The notes under the pieces were generated by a model that saw only the letters and a program-made list of their open reading frames with translations, did no database searches and had not been told where the DNA came from. Shown piece after piece: positions 17,957 to 27,711 of a stretch of DNA of 64,000 nucleotides. The DNA is from a virus. Position 1 is the stretch's first letter; the number at the start of each line of letters is the position of its first letter. The position numbers and the translations under genes are program-made. The stretch lies in the UHGV virus genome UHGV-1383976. The stretch is one strand, 5' to 3'.

Positions 17957-18102
17957 TTTTAGAAATGTCTTGAACGACAGGAGGTTTTGCTTATGGATAT
18001 AACAAAATCTAATGAGGACTGCGGTCCAACGAACAGGACAAAGAGTTGGGCCTCTCTATAAAAAGGCCCTCGTAAGAAAATTTGGAAAGGAAGTAAAGTA
18101 AA

Positions 18103-18516
18103 ATGAAGTATTATAGTGATGTTCTTCATACGCTGTTTGATACTCAGGATGCGCTTGAGGAAGCCGAAGCGAAGAAAACCGCGGCAGATGCTGAGAAAGT
18201 ACATGCAAAAGAAACGGCTAGAAAACGTAGAGAAGAAGATAAAGAACGTTTCCTTGAGTTGAGAAAGAAGTTCAATAAGATCAGCACTGAGTATGACAAG
18301 ACATCTAAAGAGTATATGGACTATGCTGATAAGATGATGCAGGAGTATTCATTAGATGCTGTGCTGGATTGGCTTTCTGATGCTTTTCTTTATGATTGTG
18401 CCACAGCTAAGACGAAAGCAGATGCATCATCTACCACAACTGCTACCACGAAAACTGCGCGGGAGCCTGAAAACTTGGGAGAAATTCTTGCCCGTATTTT
18501 TGAGGATATGCGCTGA
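18103..18516 (+). CDS. hypothetical charged coiled-coil protein
   Basis: RBS + ATG; ORF. Confidence 0.5.
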   Translation: MKYYSDVLHTLFDTQDALEEAEAKKTAADAEKVHAKETARKRREEDKERFLELRKKFNKISTEYDKTSKEYMDYADKMMQEYSLDAVLDWLSDAFLYDCATAKTKADASSTTTATTKTAREPENLGEILARIFEDMR

Positions 18517-18519
18517 GAA

Positions 18520-19080
18520 TTTTGAATAAATTGGCGCGATTGATTATCAAATCGTCCCACGGAGTTGAAGCTAAAACGTTAGCGGTGAATATGGCCATTC
18601 CCGCAAGCTCGGCGGTTTGTTAGGCAACCGCGCGGATGTAAATTATTGATAGGAAACTTTGGTTTAATTTACTCACTGAAGTTCTCCAAAAGTCGAACTA
18701 GAGCCTAAACTGAGTTCGCAGTGCTGAGGCCGGCATACGCTCGGAGAGGATGCGTTATTGAGCTAATTGGATTAGTGTCAATGTGAGGCAACGGTGGCCA
18801 ACTCTTAGAGAGCCACGCGACAGAGTTATGCTAAAAGGCAATGCCCAGTATCGGTGCCACTAGGGTTGATAGACAAGTAGTAAAAGTCAGGTGAAGACAA
18901 TACCGGCTGACATAATTGGGACGTAGTCATAGGCGTAGGCCGTGCCAAAACTAAAAATCAAAGTGTGCGGCACACGAAACCCAAGTCAGATGCGGGCGAT
19001 TGAAACGGCGCCCTCAACCCATATAAGGTTTTACAAGAGATTTTCCTTGTGTTAGACTAAAAAATCTCTTTTTTGTATAA
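18520..19080 (+). ncRNA. candidate large structured ncRNA (~560 nt, GC-rich, ORF-free)
   Basis: no ORFs; GC-rich; immediately upstream of tRNA-Gln. Confidence 0.4.
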
Positions 19081-19084
19081 ATTT

Positions 19085-19159
19085 AGAGGTATAGTGTAAT
19101 TGGCAACACATCGGCCTTTGACGCCGTATTTATAGGTTCGAGTCCTGTTACCTCTGCCA
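19085..19159 (+). tRNA. tRNA-Gln(TTG)
   Basis: acceptor agaggta/tacctct; anticodon loop ctTTGac; CCA; terminator follows. Confidence 0.6.
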
Positions 19160-19266
19160 ACAGTTCCACATTAGAAAAACCTAATGTGGACTTTTTTATA
19201 TATATCAGCTACAAAAAATCTACTTAGAAATGCGGGCAACCGCAAAACACATCAAAGGAGGAGCCT

Positions 19267-19890
19267 ATGGAAGAATTAGGTCTGTTTTTGGGTTTGGGAG
19301 ATGATGCTAACTATCAGCTTGCTAATCCAAGCCTGTTAGCGTATTACAAAGAACTCAATGAGCGTCGTCTCTGGCTCGATTGCGAGGTAGATGATGAAGC
19401 GATAGGTGATATGTGCCGCCAGATTATTCGCTGGAATAAGGAGGATGACGCAATAGAACCTTCGAAGAGGAAAAAGATTATTATCTATTTTGTCAGCCCC
19501 GGTGGCAGTTTAGACAGCTATCTATGGCTCAAAGACGTAATAAATCTGAGTATTACTCCGATAGTTGGTATTATGATGAGCCGCACAGCTAGCGCGGCTG
19601 CTCTGATATATCTTCATTGCCACGAACGCTATGCTCTTGAGAGTTCAAAAATCTTGTTCCATTATGGTTCGATTTCTCTCGCACAAGACGCCGCAAATGC
19701 GATTGAGGCGGTAAAAAATTATGAGCAGGAAATCAAAAAGTTTGTTGACGTAATTCGTGAGCACTCTGACTTTTCAGATGATTATATTCGTGATAAGTTG
19801 GTCAAGGATTGGGAACTTACGGCTGACGAAGCTCTCGAACATGGCATTGTTCAAAAAATAATAAGCGATATCAGCGAACTCTGGAACTAA
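19267..19890 (+). CDS. ClpP-like (S14/crotonase-fold) serine protease
   Basis: YFVSPGGSLDSY...SRTASAAALIY resembles ClpP INSPGG...AASMGA. Confidence 0.55.
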   Translation: MEELGLFLGLGDDANYQLANPSLLAYYKELNERRLWLDCEVDDEAIGDMCRQIIRWNKEDDAIEPSKRKKIIIYFVSPGGSLDSYLWLKDVINLSITPIVGIMMSRTASAAALIYLHCHERYALESSKILFHYGSISLAQDAANAIEAVKNYEQEIKKFVDVIREHSDFSDDYIRDKLVKDWELTADEALEHGIVQKIISDISELWN

Positions 19891-19901
19891 GGAGGTTTGT
19901 T

Positions 19902-20222
19902 ATGGATAAATATACTGGCTATTATGAGTGGCATCCATCAGAACAAGGACTTGAGGATTTTTATTCTGGCCTTTTTACACCTGCAGGGATGGGCTTGGTT
20001 GAAAACCAGTATTTGATTATCTATGACTCCGAAGATAAGGTTATAGATAAATATTTTTGTAAGAACAATGAATTTGAAAAGGTTCATTATATGGCGCTTC
20101 AAAGCGATTACTGTGGGGTTATCAAACCACGCAATGTATATCAGGAATTGGCTATTCATTCCCTTATGGATAGACGTGTTCCCGTAAAAGTTTTGGGTGG
20201 CGTCTTTGGCTCGGGTAAATAA
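19902..20222 (+). CDS. phoH: PhoH-like ATPase, exon 1 (ends inside the Walker A GGVFGSGK)
   Basis: ORF stops immediately after GSGK; continuation found at 21150. Confidence 0.55.
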   Translation: MDKYTGYYEWHPSEQGLEDFYSGLFTPAGMGLVENQYLIIYDSEDKVIDKYFCKNNEFEKVHYMALQSDYCGVIKPRNVYQELAIHSLMDRRVPVKVLGGVFGSGK

Positions 20223-21149
20223 CTTGCCCCTTCTTAGGGCGACCTAAGAATGAAAATCGCGTGAATTGCTGGAAGCCTAAGCCGCAAGGTATGGTAATCA
20301 GCAGCCAAGCCGTTTTAGCAACGGAAGGTTCAACGACTATCCCGGCAGGGAGTAGGGAGCAATCCCGAAGCGCGCGACAACTTTTGTTTTGTTTTTATTT
20401 TAATAAAGGAGGTGAGGTTATAAATAAGTGGACAGATGAACAAAAAGCAGAAATTATTGATGATTATACCAAAAAAGGTATGACTTTGGCAGAGATTGGA
20501 AAAAAATTTCATTCTAAAGGAGATACAATTAGTAAATATCTAAAGTCTTGGGATATTCCCATCAATCGTAGAAAGAAAAATCGGCTTATGAATGAAAAGT
20601 TTTTTTCTATAATTGACTCAGCTGAAAAGAGTTATTTTCTGGGCTTGTTATTCGCTGATGGTTCAGTTGTTTTAAATAGCGAGCGGGCGCCATATGTTTC
20701 TTTAGAATTAGTAGAAAAGGACAAAGAAATATTAGAAATTTTCCGTTCATTATTAAATTGTCAAAATGACTTATACTACAATAAGCGAGATAATCGGAAG
20801 AATGGAACATATACTTTTGGAGTAAGAAGTCAATTACTAGCTGATGATTTAGCTAAATTTAATATCATTCCAAATAAAACTTATGAAACAACCCAAGTAA
20901 TTTTCCCAGAAAATTTTCTTATTGATTTTCTAAGAGGGTATATTGATGGCGATGGCTCTATTTATCAAAATGTTTATAAGGCCGTTTGGAATGGACAAGA
21001 TGCTAAACGAATTATAAACATTCTCTATTTAAAGAACGATGGCATTGCGCTCTCTCGAAAACGAGAACGAGCTAAGTTAGCTCAACAAAACAAAAGTTGA
21101 TGATATAGTCTAATCCCTTTTTAAAAATATCGGGAAACCGAGGGTATAA
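20223..21149 (+). mobile_element. putative group I intron with LAGLIDADG homing endonuclease
   Basis: interrupts PhoH between Walker A and downstream motifs; ~180-nt structured non-coding 5' part. Confidence 0.55.
20420..21100 (+). CDS. LAGLIDADG homing endonuclease (two motifs) with N-terminal HTH
   Basis: LGLLFADGS and LRGYIDGDGS; no canonical start after RBS aaaggaggtga; frame open from 20261 through intron RNA. Confidence 0.65.
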   Translation: MNKWTDEQKAEIIDDYTKKGMTLAEIGKKFHSKGDTISKYLKSWDIPINRRKKNRLMNEKFFSIIDSAEKSYFLGLLFADGSVVLNSERAPYVSLELVEKDKEILEIFRSLLNCQNDLYYNKRDNRKNGTYTFGVRSQLLADDLAKFNIIPNKTYETTQVIFPENFLIDFLRGYIDGDGSIYQNVYKAVWNGQDAKRIINILYLKNDGIALSRKRERAKLAQQNKS

Positions 21150-21683
21150 ATGAAGGATCTTCTAATGAGCGGGGCTTGTTTTAGCTTTATCGAAAAAGGT
21201 ATTTTTGAAAAACTTGTTTATATACGCCCCAATATCACGCTTGAAGGAGTGCCTGATATTGGCTACCTCAAAGGCGGAATGGACGAAAAGCTTGAATGGA
21301 CTTTAGCTCCATTATGGGATAAGTTCGGTGGCCGCGAAGCTACTCAAAATCTTGTTGCTTCTGGCAAGATTGAGCTTGTAGCCTTACCTTTTATCAAAGG
21401 TCGCAGTTTTGAAAACAGCATTATTTATGTCAGTGAAGGCCAGAACATTACTCGTAAAGTCGCTGGCAATATTATTAGTCGCGCTGGTGAGGGCACTGAA
21501 ATTTGGATAAATGGCGACTATCACAGTCAGACCGATCGCAGAATGTTTGAGGTTGATAATGGTATGCGTGCGATGGAGGAAACCCTGAAAGGCAATGCGC
21601 TCTATGAAACTATTTATCTTCCTATTACAGAGCGTTCTGCTGTAGCTCAACTTGCTGGAATTGTTTGTAACACTGAAAATTGA
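21150..21683 (+). CDS. phoH: PhoH-like ATPase, exon 2
   Basis: IIYVSEGQNIT and IWINGDYHSQTD match PhoH DEAQN / TGDxxQxD motifs. Confidence 0.55.
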   Translation: MKDLLMSGACFSFIEKGIFEKLVYIRPNITLEGVPDIGYLKGGMDEKLEWTLAPLWDKFGGREATQNLVASGKIELVALPFIKGRSFENSIIYVSEGQNITRKVAGNIISRAGEGTEIWINGDYHSQTDRRMFEVDNGMRAMEETLKGNALYETIYLPITERSAVAQLAGIVCNTEN

Positions 21684-21780
21684 GCAACTCTTTTTTAGAA
21701 TGAAGTTTCACTAAATCTACTTACTATTGCCACAGGTCAGTTAGTTCCGTAGTGGCAGCGGCATTGAAAGACTAACTGTT

Positions 21781-21815
21781 TATATATCGTGAGGGGCAAT
21801 CGCCCCTCTTTTTTT
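21781..21815 (+). terminator. rho-independent terminator
   Basis: gaggggcaatcgcccctc followed by a T-run. Confidence 0.6.
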
Positions 21816-21838
21816 ATATCTAAAAGGAGGGCTTGTAG

Positions 21839-23530
21839 ATGGGAACGGTTTATAATGATGTATTACATACTTATTCGCCTTACGGCCCGAATAATTATAT
21901 GCCGCGCACAGGTCGCTACAAATTTAACCAGCGGCACAATTATGAGAACAATATAAAAGCTTTGCGAGAAAAAGAGAATACTTTTTATAGCGCCATACTA
22001 GGGACAACGGTTTCTTCTTTTGGAGAATTTGTGCGGCAAGTCAAAGAAAAACTGTCAAAATTTCAGCAAGATACAAATGCTTTGCGGCAATTAGATAACG
22101 ATAGGCTTACTCAAGCGCTTTACCGTAAATATGGTTTTTCTACAAAAGGGCAATGGGATCAAGACGCTACTTTTTCTCGTCTTGTCGTTAAATTGGACGC
22201 TTCTGTTGCTGAGAACACCTTGAATACTTATATTAAAGAGATAGAAAAAACTGTTATTGCTGAACTCCAAAAGATAGGCCAAGTTGGGAAGGCTGATTTA
22301 AAGCTATCAGTTAGTGGCAATTTGAAGGCTGGCACACTTACTATAGATTTTGGTCTTGACAAGGGCGCAATTGAGAAAAAACTAGACGAAACTGGCTTGC
22401 TAAAAGGTGTTGTCAATGCCGCAATGGGTCGTAAGTTGAAAGTCGAAGCACAAAGTCTTGAATGGTTTAAAAACCAAATTTTGAATGATCCAAATTTGAT
22501 AAGCTTGACAACTAATAAAAAAGAATTTGTTTGGGAAGCTAATTCAAAACTTAGGACAAAAGATAGAGAAGGCAATGCGAATCCTTTTGCGATAAGTAAA
22601 AAAGGCTTAGCAAAAAAGAATATTAGTCAACAGCAACAAATTGAGGAAGAAATCAAATCTTTTATAATGGCTACAATTGGCTATGGTCAGACATCGCAAG
22701 ATTTTCAAAATGTTTTTCAAGAAGCTTGGCGCACACAAATCTCTAGCCGGAAATTAGGTATTGCAGGATATACTTGGAATGGTGCAATAGCTAATATAGT
22801 TGGCGCTTTTGGTGAGTTTCAAACTTATGTTTTATTCCAATACATCTCACATTTGTTTGGGGGAAAAGCGCAAGGTAAAATAGCTGACGCTTTTGCTAGT
22901 GGCGAACAAATGAAAGCCGATATCCAGTTTTTCCAAGGGTTTGGCATCCAAGTAAAAAATTATTCTGGCTATGGTTCTGAACTAAAGGAACTTAAATTTA
23001 ATATTCATCCAAATAAACTTATTCAATATCCGCAAATCAGCGAATGGATTGGTTCAAGTTTTTCAGAATATATTGCAAATTACTACTTCAATAAAGATAT
23101 CAATCGCACGCCATTTGCGAGCATTATTGATGGACTAAAGCGAGCTTTTGCTGAAATAGCTTCAATGGGAACAACAGATGATGTGCCTGACACCGTTTGT
23201 CTTTATAATTTAGGTGGTGGTTATCTAATTCCAGCGTCAGATTTACTTGAGCAAGTTTATTTACGGTCTTATCGCTTAGACGATACTCAAGTTGCGATTA
23301 CATCCGCTTTTGAAGGCTCTACAAATAAAGAGTTTCATAAAAAGAAAAAAGGAAAGGATGGAAAACAACAAGAGCCAACTTTTTTGAAATACTGGGAAAG
23401 AGATGGAGAAAGCTGGAAGCCAAAAGATGAAAACAGAAACCTCTACGCACAAATGCTCAATTCAAAAATTTCAATCCGCGCGGTAGTTCCTTATGAACAA
23501 TTTCTCCGTGAGGGTTATAAATTATGGTGA
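21839..23530 (+). CDS. hypothetical protein (563 aa)
   Basis: RBS aaaggaggg; long ORF. Confidence 0.55.
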   Translation: MGTVYNDVLHTYSPYGPNNYMPRTGRYKFNQRHNYENNIKALREKENTFYSAILGTTVSSFGEFVRQVKEKLSKFQQDTNALRQLDNDRLTQALYRKYGFSTKGQWDQDATFSRLVVKLDASVAENTLNTYIKEIEKTVIAELQKIGQVGKADLKLSVSGNLKAGTLTIDFGLDKGAIEKKLDETGLLKGVVNAAMGRKLKVEAQSLEWFKNQILNDPNLISLTTNKKEFVWEANSKLRTKDREGNANPFAISKKGLAKKNISQQQQIEEEIKSFIMATIGYGQTSQDFQNVFQEAWRTQISSRKLGIAGYTWNGAIANIVGAFGEFQTYVLFQYISHLFGGKAQGKIADAFASGEQMKADIQFFQGFGIQVKNYSGYGSELKELKFNIHPNKLIQYPQISEWIGSSFSEYIANYYFNKDINRTPFASIIDGLKRAFAEIASMGTTDDVPDTVCLYNLGGGYLIPASDLLEQVYLRSYRLDDTQVAITSAFEGSTNKEFHKKKKGKDGKQQEPTFLKYWERDGESWKPKDENRNLYAQMLNSKISIRAVVPYEQFLREGYKLW

Positions 23531-23536
23531 TTCAAA

Positions 23537-23791
23537 ATGCTCTATTTTGCGCAATGCGGCGACCCTATCAATTATGAATCCTTTATTGTCGATGCCGAAA
23601 GTCTTTCGGATGTTGTAGAATGGATAAAGGACTTTTCTTCAATTGATGAGGAGCCGCAAGACGAAGACCAAACATATGCTTCTGCTATATCTGGACATTT
23701 GTGGTATAACATTGAACAGTTTGACTCTCGTAATGAGGAACATTCTGATGTCTTATCACAAATGAATGGAATCCCACTCTGTATAGAGTAA
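23537..23791 (+). CDS. hypothetical acidic protein
   Basis: ORF. Confidence 0.4.
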   Translation: MLYFAQCGDPINYESFIVDAESLSDVVEWIKDFSSIDEEPQDEDQTYASAISGHLWYNIEQFDSRNEEHSDVLSQMNGIPLCIE

Positions 23792-23796
23792 AAACT

Positions 23797-23824
23797 TGAT
23801 TTTCGACGAAATTTTCGTTATAAT
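23797..23824 (+). promoter_or_regulatory. family-A-like promoter
   Basis: TTGATT-16-TATAAT. Confidence 0.45.
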
Positions 23825-23857
23825 AAATTGTAAAAAGTTTTACTGGGAGAGATACAT

Positions 23858-24184
23858 ATGGAAGCTAAAAAAGACATAAACGTTTCAATATCCAAAGAAG
23901 ACTTTATCGGCTTATTGATTTCAGCCGTTGAATATGACGATTGGATAGATATGTTGGATAAAAATGGAATTTCTTTCAACGCTCCTGCGCTCGATGGCGT
24001 AACTCGTAAGATAATAGACTTCTTCGAGAGAGTGCTGGATGACGATGAGGGGGTAATAAAATACTACCTTTGGGGTATTGCTGGTGGGCATTATAAATCT
24101 GAAAAGAGAATGATAACTCGCACAGGCAAACCCATACTTATTGAAAGTGCGGAAGATGTTTGGGACTATCTTACAAATAAATAA
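23858..24184 (+). CDS. hypothetical protein
   Basis: RBS gggagag; terminator follows. Confidence 0.5.
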   Translation: MEAKKDINVSISKEDFIGLLISAVEYDDWIDMLDKNGISFNAPALDGVTRKIIDFFERVLDDDEGVIKYYLWGIAGGHYKSEKRMITRTGKPILIESAEDVWDYLTNK

Positions 24185-24281
24185 GACATTTACAGTCGTG
24201 AGAAATCACGGCCTGTTTTTATTGGACTAAAGAACGGTTTTAGCTACTTTACAGAAGAGAAAATCTGTGAGGTGAGAAACA

Positions 24282-24611
24282 ATGGTTCGTGGTGGCACAC
24301 ACCGTCATAATTTCTATATTCCATTCGACGCGGCGCAAATTGAAAAAGTATTTGTGTCTTATTCTCAGAATGGAGAAGTAGTTTTAGAAAAATCAACAGA
24401 TGATTGCGTATTCAACTCTACCAAAAATTGCCTTCAAGTTGATTTATCTCAAGAGGATACTTTGTCTTTTGCCGCGCCCGGAATTATTACGACACCAGAA
24501 CGGAGCCTCGTGATTATTCAACTCAGAGTCTTATTGGCAAATGGACACAGTTATGTATCCGCACCAATCAAAGAGAGATTGTTTGATGTTCTGAAAGGAG
24601 GACAAATCTAA
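24282..24611 (+). CDS. hypothetical protein
   Basis: RBS gaggtgag. Confidence 0.5.
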   Translation: MVRGGTHRHNFYIPFDAAQIEKVFVSYSQNGEVVLEKSTDDCVFNSTKNCLQVDLSQEDTLSFAAPGIITTPERSLVIIQLRVLLANGHSYVSAPIKERLFDVLKGGQI

Positions 24612-24778
24612 TGCTTAGAACTATTGATGAAATAGAGCACATTAGTGAGGACTATCAAGTCAAGTTCTATGATTATGAGAAGACTTTCTATGGTTCAACC
24701 TCCAATCCTGATGAATCCGATGATAACGTCATTATATATGATGGCGGCGGCGTCTCTGGCTGGACGAAGGAGAAATGA
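24611..24778 (+). CDS. small hypothetical protein
   Basis: short ORF coupled to neighbours. Confidence 0.3.
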   Translation: MLRTIDEIEHISEDYQVKFYDYEKTFYGSTSNPDESDDNVIIYDGGGVSGWTKEK

Positions 24779-25158
24779 TGGCAAGAGTAATAAAAATCAC
24801 ATTTCAACTGCGCCGCGGCCTGCACGATAAATGGATTGAAGAGAATCCAATACTCAGTGAAGGAGAGCCGGCCTTTGAGACAGATACCTTCCGTCTGAAA
24901 ATTGGCGATGGCAAAACCGCGTATCAGGCTTTACCTTATATTGGTGGAGATGGGAGTGAGGATGACGCCCGCGTGGTAAATGCGGATACTCACTATGATT
25001 TTCCATCTATAGGCAAAGCCAATACGATATATAAGGCGGACAAAGAAAGAACTCTCTATCAATGGGACGAAGAAACATTGACTTATGTTTCACTAAATTC
25101 TTTTGAAAATGTAAAAATTATCCACGGAGGGAACGCTGATGGCTACGACTACATTTAA
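24775..25158 (+). CDS. tail-fibre N-terminal-domain protein (HylP-like motif)
   Basis: RRG..W..NPIL.EGEPAFETDT..LKIGDGKT.Y..LPY. Confidence 0.5.
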   Translation: MMARVIKITFQLRRGLHDKWIEENPILSEGEPAFETDTFRLKIGDGKTAYQALPYIGGDGSEDDARVVNADTHYDFPSIGKANTIYKADKERTLYQWDEETLTYVSLNSFENVKIIHGGNADGYDYI

Positions 25159-26392
25159 CACTCGCATAGTCCTGCGCAATGATAGCACAGCAAAATGGCT
25201 TGAGAACAAAGATCAAGTTTTACTCAAGGGCGAACTTGGTGTCGAATTCGAAGCTGATGGCGGTGTCAAGATAAAAATTGGCGACGGTGCAAAAACTTGG
25301 GAACAGCTCGAATATTTTGGTGGGGCAAGCGCCGCGCAAGTATTTCAGGCCGAGTCTGCAAACGCTGCAGGCGACCTTGCTGCTATTACTACCGCAGTAG
25401 GCAGTGCAAAACTTCAATCTGGCGATTTCGCTATTGTGAGCCATGATATTGATGGCACGCATAAATCTTATACAGCCTATGTTTATGATGGTGAAAGCTG
25501 GAAAGCAATGGACGGCAACTATGATGCGTCCAATGTTTATTTCGGCGATAACATTACAATGGCTGGTTCTTACAGCCAAATCGGTAATTTGACCAAAACT
25601 CAAAATGGTACAGCAACTTTTGCTGTCAAAGGTAAGTCTGTTGCTGAAGCTTTTACTCAAATCTTCTCTAAGAGACTTCAGCCCGGTGCTCCTACTCAGC
25701 CGTCTGTTAGCTTGACCTTTAGCCAAGCAAAAGCTTATGAAGTCGGTACTACTGTCACTCCGACTTGGAGCGCGACTTTGAGCACTGGTTCTTATACTTA
25801 CGGCCCTGCTACTGGTATTACTGCTATGGCTTGGGAAATTAGTGATACGGCTGGCAACACCGCTACCACAGCAAGCGGCTCTTTTGATGCTATTACTGTT
25901 GCTGATGGTACCAACTACAAGATAACTGCTAAAGCAACTCATGGAGCCGGCGCGGTTGCAAATGATAACCTTGGTAGCCCGTCTAGTCCAGAAGTCAAAA
26001 TTGCGGCTGGTTCTAAGAGTAAAACTTCTGATGCAATCACTGGCTACCGCAATACTTTCTATGGTACTAAAACTACAAAGGATGCACTTGATAGTGCGGC
26101 GATTCGTAGCTTGTCTAACAAATCCAATACTGCTTGGGCCAATGGCAAGTCTTTTACCGTGCAAATTCCTGTTGGTGCAGTTCGTGTTGTTTTTGCTTAT
26201 CCTGCGACGCTGCGTGATGTCAACTCCGTAAAGGATGTTAACGGTTTGAACGCGGAGATCAAGAGCGCATTTGCTAAATCCACTATTGCTGTTGAAGGTG
26301 CAAATGGTGCAACTGCAATTGACTATAAGGTTTATACGACTGATTTCGCTGAGCCTGTCGCAAAGGCAAACAGCTACACTATCACAATTTGA
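25139..26392 (+). CDS. tail fibre / receptor-binding protein paralog
   Basis: shared N-terminal motif; Thr/Ser-rich beta-rich body. Confidence 0.6.
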   Translation: MATTTFNTRIVLRNDSTAKWLENKDQVLLKGELGVEFEADGGVKIKIGDGAKTWEQLEYFGGASAAQVFQAESANAAGDLAAITTAVGSAKLQSGDFAIVSHDIDGTHKSYTAYVYDGESWKAMDGNYDASNVYFGDNITMAGSYSQIGNLTKTQNGTATFAVKGKSVAEAFTQIFSKRLQPGAPTQPSVSLTFSQAKAYEVGTTVTPTWSATLSTGSYTYGPATGITAMAWEISDTAGNTATTASGSFDAITVADGTNYKITAKATHGAGAVANDNLGSPSSPEVKIAAGSKSKTSDAITGYRNTFYGTKTTKDALDSAAIRSLSNKSNTAWANGKSFTVQIPVGAVRVVFAYPATLRDVNSVKDVNGLNAEIKSAFAKSTIAVEGANGATAIDYKVYTTDFAEPVAKANSYTITI

Positions 26393-26410
26393 TAAAGGAG
26401 GGAAAATATA

Positions 26411-27706
26411 ATGGCACTGACATTTGGTACTCTTGATTTTGCTGTTGCTTTTAGCCGTCAGACGGCATTCCCTCTGGACGCTAAAAGTTATTTTGAAAGT
26501 TTAGAACTTGCTCAAGCAGCCGCGGCAACTGCGCAAGAAGCGGGCAGTTCTGAAACCGTTTATTATTTCGGTCAAACTATCGCTGTTGTTGAGAACAGTG
26601 TTGCGACTCTTTATGTAATACAACCAGACAAAACCTTGAAAGAGGTTGGCGGTAATATTGCCATCAATGAGAATGTATTTGTCAAGAGCGACGACAAGCT
26701 CGATCTCGTTGGTTTTTCGAGTGCTGTCGCTGGCGCACAACTTGTCAAAGGTGCCGATGGTAGACTTAGTTGGGTAAAGCCTGATACTACTACTGTTGAA
26801 GGCCTTTCAACAAGCGTAACGGCCCTTGAACATACTGTCAATGGTTATACTGATGATGGTGGCGTTGTTCACGAGGGGCTTGGCTCTAAGGTTTCTACTT
26901 TGGAAACCAAGGTGGGCAATATCTATACAAAAGCCGAAGTCGATGCAAAAGTTTCCAGCGTTATGCGCTATAAGGGTAGTAAAGACACTTATGCAGAGCT
27001 GCCTTCTGAAGGAAATGAAATCGGCGATGTTTGGAACGTTGTAGGCGCTGATGCTGCAAATGGCGTGCGCGCCGGTGATAATTTTGCTTGGAATGGTACT
27101 GGCTGGGATAATCTTGGTGGCGCGGTTGTTCTTGATGGCTATGCAACCAAAGATGACCTCAATGGGAAAGTTGACAAGGTTGAAGGCTCTCGTTTGATGA
27201 CTTCAGCTGAGGGCGAAAAACTTGCTGGTATAGCGACCGGCGCGGAAGTCAATGTTGTAAAGTCTGTTGATGATGTAGAATTTACACTTGATGAGAACGG
27301 TAAGCTCAACATCAAGGCTCTTGGTCAAGACAAAATAACAGGTCTGGCTGATGCGCTCGCTGGTAAGGTTTCTACCGAAACTGGCAAAGGGTTGTCCTCT
27401 AATGACTATACCGATGCTGAAAAGGAAAAATTAGGGGCAATTGAGGCTGGCTCTCAAGCAAACATCCTTGAGGCTATTTCCATTGGCGGCACTGATGCTC
27501 CGATTAGCGAAAAGAAAGTCGATATTCCTGTTGCTACTGCTGAGAAACTTGGCGTTGTCAAGAGTTCTTCCGCGAAAGACCAAATTGCGGTTGGTGCAGA
27601 CGGCATTATGTCTATCAATACGGTAAGTCTTTCTAAGATAGTTCAAGCAGCTGATGAAACTCTCATCATAAATGGCGGTAATAGTGGCCTTACTATAGGG
27701 GAGTGA
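26411..27706 (+). CDS. tail fibre protein paralog
   Basis: GKGLSSNDYTDAEKEKL repeat motif. Confidence 0.6.
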   Translation: MALTFGTLDFAVAFSRQTAFPLDAKSYFESLELAQAAAATAQEAGSSETVYYFGQTIAVVENSVATLYVIQPDKTLKEVGGNIAINENVFVKSDDKLDLVGFSSAVAGAQLVKGADGRLSWVKPDTTTVEGLSTSVTALEHTVNGYTDDGGVVHEGLGSKVSTLETKVGNIYTKAEVDAKVSSVMRYKGSKDTYAELPSEGNEIGDVWNVVGADAANGVRAGDNFAWNGTGWDNLGGAVVLDGYATKDDLNGKVDKVEGSRLMTSAEGEKLAGIATGAEVNVVKSVDDVEFTLDENGKLNIKALGQDKITGLADALAGKVSTETGKGLSSNDYTDAEKEKLGAIEAGSQANILEAISIGGTDAPISEKKVDIPVATAEKLGVVKSSSAKDQIAVGADGIMSINTVSLSKIVQAADETLIINGGNSGLTIGE

Positions 27707-27711
27707 TATAA

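Noticed and set aside
20261-20420. N-terminal 53 aa of the ORF-track LAGLIDADG call
   Set aside because: This stretch is intron RNA read through in frame (no RBS, odd composition). The endonuclease domain starts near 20420.
25220-26164. 314-aa antisense ORF inside tail-fibre gene 25139..26392, and other antisense/alternate-frame ORFs in the tail-fibre genes (28513..28914, 28712..29134, 34744..35040)
   Set aside because: They run antisense or out of frame to genes with clear homology signals and RBSs. Long antisense ORFs are common in Ala/Thr/Gly-rich coding regions.
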